DNA of 63,902 nt, the filler included, from an uncultured bacterium (GTDB lineage: Bacteria; DAOPZR01): the NCBI GenBank assembly GCA_964637655.1. It is 4 parts of 4 records of this genome, joined end to end, with 100 filler letters (N's around TTAATTAATTAA, not from the genome) between each part and the next. Parts side by side here need not be neighbours in the genome. Positions count along the whole stretch, not along the records: positions 48,782 to 63,902 come from CAZWUZ010000058.1; 3 more parts are not named here. The stretch is one strand, 5' to 3'. Made by a program: the position numbers and the translations under genes. Below the pieces are notes generated by a model. The model ran no database searches and was not told where the DNA came from. It saw only the letters and a program-made list of their open reading frames with translations. Below are positions 59,786 through 63,902 of this stretch, piece by piece; position 1 is the first letter of the stretch; the number at the start of each line of letters is the position of its first letter.

Positions 59786-61030
59786 CTACTGCCGGGACGC
59801 CAGCAGTTCCATGATCCGGTGCGCCAGCTTGGTCGAATCGTGGCGCAGGTAATCCTCGCGGCTGAGCAGGTCGGCGGCGATCACGCGCGCCGGGTACTGC
59901 GCGAGTTTGTCCATGTCAATGACCACCTGGTAGGCACCCTTGGCGCGGTAGCGCTCAACCAGTTCGAGCGGCGCGGTCGCGTTGTTGACCAGCACGTAAT
60001 CGACAAACGCGGCATCGCCGGTGTGATCCGCGATGGCCGCGAGATGACGCGACACCGAGTAATTGTCGGTCTCCCCCGGCTGGGTCATGACGTTGCAGAC
60101 GTAGGCAACGGGCGCCTTCGTCTCCTGCAGTGCGTGGCGCAGCCCGGCATTGAGCAGGTTGGGAATGACGCTGGTATAGAGCGACCCGGGCCCGAGCACG
60201 ACGAGGTCGGCCGCGCGGATGGCATCGAGCGCCTCGCGCGTGGCGATGCGCTGCTCCGGCTTCGTGCTGAGACGGACGATGGCCGCGGGATGCGCGGCGA
60301 TGCGCGTCTCCCCCTCAACCGTGGTGCCGTCCGCCATCTGCCCGACCAGCGTAATGGTGTCGAGCGAGGCGGGGAGCACGCGGCCGCGGATGGCGAGCAC
60401 GCTGGCCATCTCCTGGATGGCGAGCTGGAAATCGCCGGTGATGTCGGTCAGCGCGGCCAGGAACAGGTTGCCGAACGAGTGGCCGGCCAGGTCGGTGCCG
60501 CTGCCGAAGCGGTAGCGCAGCAGGTCGGCCATGAGCGACTCGCTGTCGGCGAGCGCGATGATGCAGTTGCGGATGTCGCCGGGGGGCGGGATGTTGAGGT
60601 CGCGGCGCAGGCGCCCGCTGCTCCCCCCGTCGTCGCCGACGGTGACAATCGCGGTGATGTTGCTGGTGAAATTCTTGAGGCCGCTGAGCAGCGACGACAG
60701 CCCGGTGCCGCCGCCGATGGCGACGATGTTCGCCCCGCGCTCGAGCTGGCGCTTGCGGTAGATGATGTCGACGATGGCACGGTTCTGCGGGATGACGAGG
60801 CGGAGGATGGAGCGGAAGGTCTTGTAGACCCCGTAGAGCACCAGGAGCGGCCCGATGATGAGCAGCAGCACCGGAACATAACCGGGAACCAGCCCCTCTT
60901 CGGTGAGCTGGGGCAGGACTTTGGACAGACCCATGCCGAACAGGAACATGCCCAGCCCGAGATAGGCGAGGTAGCGCTTGATGCGCATCCCCGGGTAGAG
61001 CCAGCGCCACCCTGACATCGGCGTGCCCAT
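59786..61030 (-). CDS. yvcK: YvcK/GlmR-family UDP-GlcNAc-binding gluconeogenesis factor with N-terminal TMs
   Basis: IGGGTGLS, VTVGDDGGSSGRLR, PPGDIRNC, GHSFGNL, GPGSLYTS, NVMTQPGET, RHD. Confidence 0.92.
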   Translation of the reverse strand: MGTPMSGWRWLYPGMRIKRYLAYLGLGMFLFGMGLSKVLPQLTEEGLVPGYVPVLLLIIGPLLVLYGVYKTFRSILRLVIPQNRAIVDIIYRKRQLERGANIVAIGGGTGLSSLLSGLKNFTSNITAIVTVGDDGGSSGRLRRDLNIPPPGDIRNCIIALADSESLMADLLRYRFGSGTDLAGHSFGNLFLAALTDITGDFQLAIQEMASVLAIRGRVLPASLDTITLVGQMADGTTVEGETRIAAHPAAIVRLSTKPEQRIATREALDAIRAADLVVLGPGSLYTSVIPNLLNAGLRHALQETKAPVAYVCNVMTQPGETDNYSVSRHLAAIADHTGDAAFVDYVLVNNATAPLELVERYRAKGAYQVVIDMDKLAQYPARVIAADLLSREDYLRHDSTKLAHRIMELLASRQ

Positions 61031-61040
61031 GCGTTCCTCC

Positions 61041-61913
61041 CTACCTCTTGCCGATGTCGCGGTGGGTGACCTGCACCTCGCACCCCGCCCGCGGCAGCGC
61101 GGCCGCCAGGTGTTCCGCGACCACCACCGAGCGGTGGCGCCCGCCCGTGCAGCCGATGCCGATATGCAGGTAGGCCTTTCCCTCCCCCAGCGCCAGCGGC
61201 AGGTAGTAGGCAAGGAAAGCGGTCAGGCGCTCGAGGTAGGCGGTGGTGGCGGGCCAGGTACAGACATAGTCGCGCACCTCTGCGTCAAGCCCGTCGCGGT
61301 CCTTGAACCGCGTTACATAGTAGGGGTTGGGGAGGAAACGGACGTCGAACAGCAGGTCCGCCTCCGCCGGCAGCCCGTGCTTGTAGCCGAACGACACGAG
61401 ATTGACCAGCAGCGTGCTCCCCTTGCCGTCAGGGCGGAAGCGCTGCTGGATCTCCGCGCGCAGCGCGGGGAGCGACAGGTCAGAGGTGTCGAGGACGACA
61501 CTCGCCTTCCCCTTGATCTCCTCGAGCAGTTCGCGCTCCGCGGCCACCGCCTGCGCCACGCTGCGCGTGCCGCCGGCCAGCGGGTGCGGGCGGCGCGTCT
61601 CGGAGAAACGGCGGCTGAGCACGTCATCGCGGCAATCGAGGAAAACGATACGGCACGGGACTGCGGCGGATGCCAGTTCCTGCAGCACGGCGAAGATGTC
61701 GCGGAAGTAGCCACGCTCGCGGATATCGACGACGAAGGCGACGTGACGGATGGGATTCGCGCTCTGCCGCGCCAGGTCGAGGAAGCGGGGAATGAGCGGG
61801 GGGAGCATGTTGTCGACACAGTAGTAGCCGAGGTCTTCGAGACAGCGCAGCACGACCCCCTTGCCCGCCCCGGACATGCCGGTGACGATGAGCAGTTCAG
61901 GCGCGCCGCTCAC
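61041..61913 (-). CDS. rapZ: RNase adapter RapZ/YvcJ
   Basis: VTGMSGAGK, LEDLGYYCVDN, RRFSETRRPHP, SFGYKHG, DVRFLPNP, IGCTGGRHRSV. Confidence 0.95.
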   Translation of the reverse strand: MSGAPELLIVTGMSGAGKGVVLRCLEDLGYYCVDNMLPPLIPRFLDLARQSANPIRHVAFVVDIRERGYFRDIFAVLQELASAAVPCRIVFLDCRDDVLSRRFSETRRPHPLAGGTRSVAQAVAAERELLEEIKGKASVVLDTSDLSLPALRAEIQQRFRPDGKGSTLLVNLVSFGYKHGLPAEADLLFDVRFLPNPYYVTRFKDRDGLDAEVRDYVCTWPATTAYLERLTAFLAYYLPLALGEGKAYLHIGIGCTGGRHRSVVVAEHLAAALPRAGCEVQVTHRDIGKR

Positions 61914-62863
61914 CGCGCGCCCCCGGTCGCCGAGCCCGACTTGATCCACTGCAGCAGCTGCTCGTTGAACTCGCGCGCGGAATGCACCCCCATCTGCCGC
62001 GCGCGCAGGTTGCGCGAGGCCACCTCGATGATGATGGCGAGGTTGCGCCCCGGGCGTACGGGGACCAGGAATTTCGGCACCTCGACCCCGAGAATGCTCT
62101 CGTGCTGCTCGTCGAGCCCGAGGCGGTCGTACTCGACCCCCTCACGCCAGTCCTCGAGGCGGATGACCATGTCGATGCGCATCGAGTCGCGCACCGCGCC
62201 CAGTCCGAAGAGCGAGCGGACATTGATGATACCCAGCCCGCGCACCTCCATGTGGTACTTGATCAGTTCCGCCCCGCGCCCGACCAGTTCCCCGTCGCCG
62301 AACGAGATGATGTCGACCACGTCGTCGGCGACGAGGCGGTGGCCGCGCTCGATGAGTTCGAGCGCGCACTCGCTCTTGCCGAGGCCGCTCCCCCCCGAGA
62401 GGAGCACGCCGACCCCGAAGACGTCGACCAGCACACCGTGCACGGTGGTGCGCGGCGCCAGGTAGTGTTCGAGGTAGATGTAAATCTTGGCGATGCACGG
62501 GGTGGTCATCTGCGGGGTCGCCAGCAGCGGGGTGCCCGTCTCCTCCGCCAGGCGCAGGATGTCGGGGGACACGGGGAGGTTGCGGGTGACGATCAGGCAG
62601 GCGATCTGCCGGCGGAAGATCTCCGAGAAGGTGTCGCGCACTTTCTCCGCCGGCAGGGTGTTGAGGAAGTCCAGTTCGGTGAGCCCGATGACCTGGATCA
62701 TCCGGTTCTGGTAGTAGTCGAAATGCCCGACGAGGGCCAGCCCGGGCCGGCTGACATCGGAGGCGGTGATGCGGCGCGCGAGCCCGGCGGCGCCGGCAAG
62801 CAGGCGCAGTCCGAGCCGCGGCCCGAGTTCGTCGAGCAGAGTGCTGACGGTTACGTCCGCCAT
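61910..62863 (-). CDS. hprK: HPr(Ser) kinase/phosphorylase
   Basis: RPGLAL, HGVLVDVFGVG, GGSGLGKSE, LVADD, EVRGLGII, RPGRN. Confidence 0.96.
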   Translation of the reverse strand: MADVTVSTLLDELGPRLGLRLLAGAAGLARRITASDVSRPGLALVGHFDYYQNRMIQVIGLTELDFLNTLPAEKVRDTFSEIFRRQIACLIVTRNLPVSPDILRLAEETGTPLLATPQMTTPCIAKIYIYLEHYLAPRTTVHGVLVDVFGVGVLLSGGSGLGKSECALELIERGHRLVADDVVDIISFGDGELVGRGAELIKYHMEVRGLGIINVRSLFGLGAVRDSMRIDMVIRLEDWREGVEYDRLGLDEQHESILGVEVPKFLVPVRPGRNLAIIIEVASRNLRARQMGVHSAREFNEQLLQWIKSGSATGGAR

Positions 62864-62873
62864 CGGCGGCGGG

Positions 62874-63335
62874 TCAGATGCGACGGTCCTCGTCGCGGAT
62901 GATGTCGAGGACCTCCTGCGCCGTCTTGGCATCGAGCAGCGACTGGCGCAGGAACTTGTGCTTGAGCAGGCGCGAGATGCGCGCGAGGGCCTTGACGTGC
63001 GGCCCCGACTCGCTCTCGGGGGTGATGAGCATGAAAATGAGATAGACGGGCTCGTCGTCGAGCGACTGGTAGTTGATGCCCGTGGTGGTGCGCCCGAAGG
63101 CGGCAACGAGGTGTTCGACGGCGTTGCACTTGGCGTGCGGGATAGCCACCCCGTCGCCGATGCCGGTGCTCATCAGTTTCTCGCGCTCGCGCACCGCGGC
63201 GAGCACCGCCTTCTTGTTGCTCAGCAGCCCGGCCCCGTCTAGCAGGTCGGTCATCTCCTCGAAGACCTCGGCCTTGGTCTTCGCGGTGAGCGCGAGATTG
63301 ATGCACTTCGGATGCAAGATATCCAGGATCTCCAT
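62874..63335 (-). CDS. ptsN: PTS IIA fructose/nitrogen-regulatory family protein
   Basis: REKLMSTGIGDGVAIPHA, HVKALARISR. Confidence 0.85.
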   Translation of the reverse strand: MEILDILHPKCINLALTAKTKAEVFEEMTDLLDGAGLLSNKKAVLAAVREREKLMSTGIGDGVAIPHAKCNAVEHLVAAFGRTTTGINYQSLDDEPVYLIFMLITPESESGPHVKALARISRLLKHKFLRQSLLDAKTAQEVLDIIRDEDRRI

Positions 63336-63350
63336 GGCGCGCGCGCCTCC

Positions 63351-63902
63351 TTACAGTTCCGGCACGATCAGGCCGTAATGCCCGTCATGCCGGCGATAGA
63401 GCAGGTTGAGTTTGTAGTTTTCGTTGAGGAAGAGCCAGAAGGGGCGTTCGAGCGTCTCCAGCTGCATGATCGCCTCGTCCACCGACATCGGCACCAGGTC
63501 GATCTTCTCCTCGAAGATCGACGCGTCGGGCTTCTCCTCGCCCGCGTCCGCCGCCGGGGCGGGTCTGCCCGCCGTCGCCGTTTCCACCGTCGCCGCCAGC
63601 ACCTGCCGCGACGCCGTCTTGGCGTAGTCGCGCTTCACCCGCGGCGAATGCGAGGCGAGCCGGTCCTTGTAGCGCCGCACCTGCTGCTCGAGCTTTTCCA
63701 GCACCGGGTCGATGCTGCTGTAGAGGTCGCCGGTGATCGCGCTGGCCGAAAAAGTGAAGCCGTCGGCTGCATGCAGCGTCACTTCGAGGCAGTGGCGTTC
63801 GCGTTCGATGCTGGCCACCGCCGTCGCGGTCGTGAAGTCGATTTTGTAGCGGGTGAGTTTGTCGAGTTTGTGCTGCAGTTCGTTGCGGAAGGCATCACTG
63901 AT
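63351..63902 (-). CDS. hpf: Long-form ribosome hibernation promoting factor, 5' end outside window
   Basis: DLYSSID..LEKLEQQVRRYK, PMSVDEAIMQL, F.LF.N, LYRRHDGHYGLI; frame open to the window end. Confidence 0.9.
   Translation of the reverse strand: MSDAFRNELQHKLDKLTRYKIDFTTATAVASIERERHCLEVTLHAADGFTFSASAITGDLYSSIDPVLEKLEQQVRRYKDRLASHSPRVKRDYAKTASRQVLAATVETATAGRPAPAADAGEEKPDASIFEEKIDLVPMSVDEAIMQLETLERPFWLFLNENYKLNLLYRRHDGHYGLIVPEL

Noticed and set aside
55005-63902. hpf-ptsN-hprK-rapZ-yvcK-PTS cluster as a novel system
   Set aside because: A familiar arrangement of housekeeping regulatory PTS genes.

Overview
High-GC bacterial draft or metagenome-assembled DNA of an unidentified, probably anaerobic organism. 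It consists of four separate ~16 kb contigs joined by artificial N44-TTAATTAATTAA-N44 linkers (16254-16353, 32552-32651, 48682-48781), so adjacency across linkers has no meaning. Contig 1: a Trp-repeat secreted protein missed by the ORF track, a nitrilase-family hydrolase, a GT2/GT-C/acetyltransferase/radical SAM/SGNH envelope-modification cluster, a CopA-type ATPase, two further GT-C-like membrane proteins, an acyltransferase-3 and a xanthine-dehydrogenase-family operon. Contig 2: a large secreted PLD-nuclease/LTD protein, a GT4/B12-radical SAM/GT2/antiporter operon, metV-metF, an HTH-REC regulator, GH3, hisHAF and a hybrid kinase. Contig 3: GIDE-like, fucose-isomerase-like, psuG, a GxxExxY gene framed by inverted repeats, AIM24/HD/HD-GYP, a type IA topoisomerase, a YIP1-to-TerB operon, and five tandem translationally coupled BMC pentamer (EutN/CcmL) genes followed by two GT4s. 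Contig 4: PAS, CheR-N-like and REC genes, an RmlD-like SDR, thpR between twin 142-bp inverted-repeat elements, lepA, and the hpf-ptsN-hprK-rapZ-yvcK-mannose PTS-ptsH-ptsI operon. The strongest candidates for novelty are (i) the five-pentamer operon without hexamer genes, possibly a heteropentamer, (ii) a GxxExxY nuclease with dispersed CACACAGAG inverted-repeat elements, (iii) insertions that duplicate or recode the 5' end of the gene they interrupt, and (iv) recurrent leaderless-type promoters. No rRNA, tRNA or CRISPR array was recognised. All family calls are by-eye motif recognition, not database searches.
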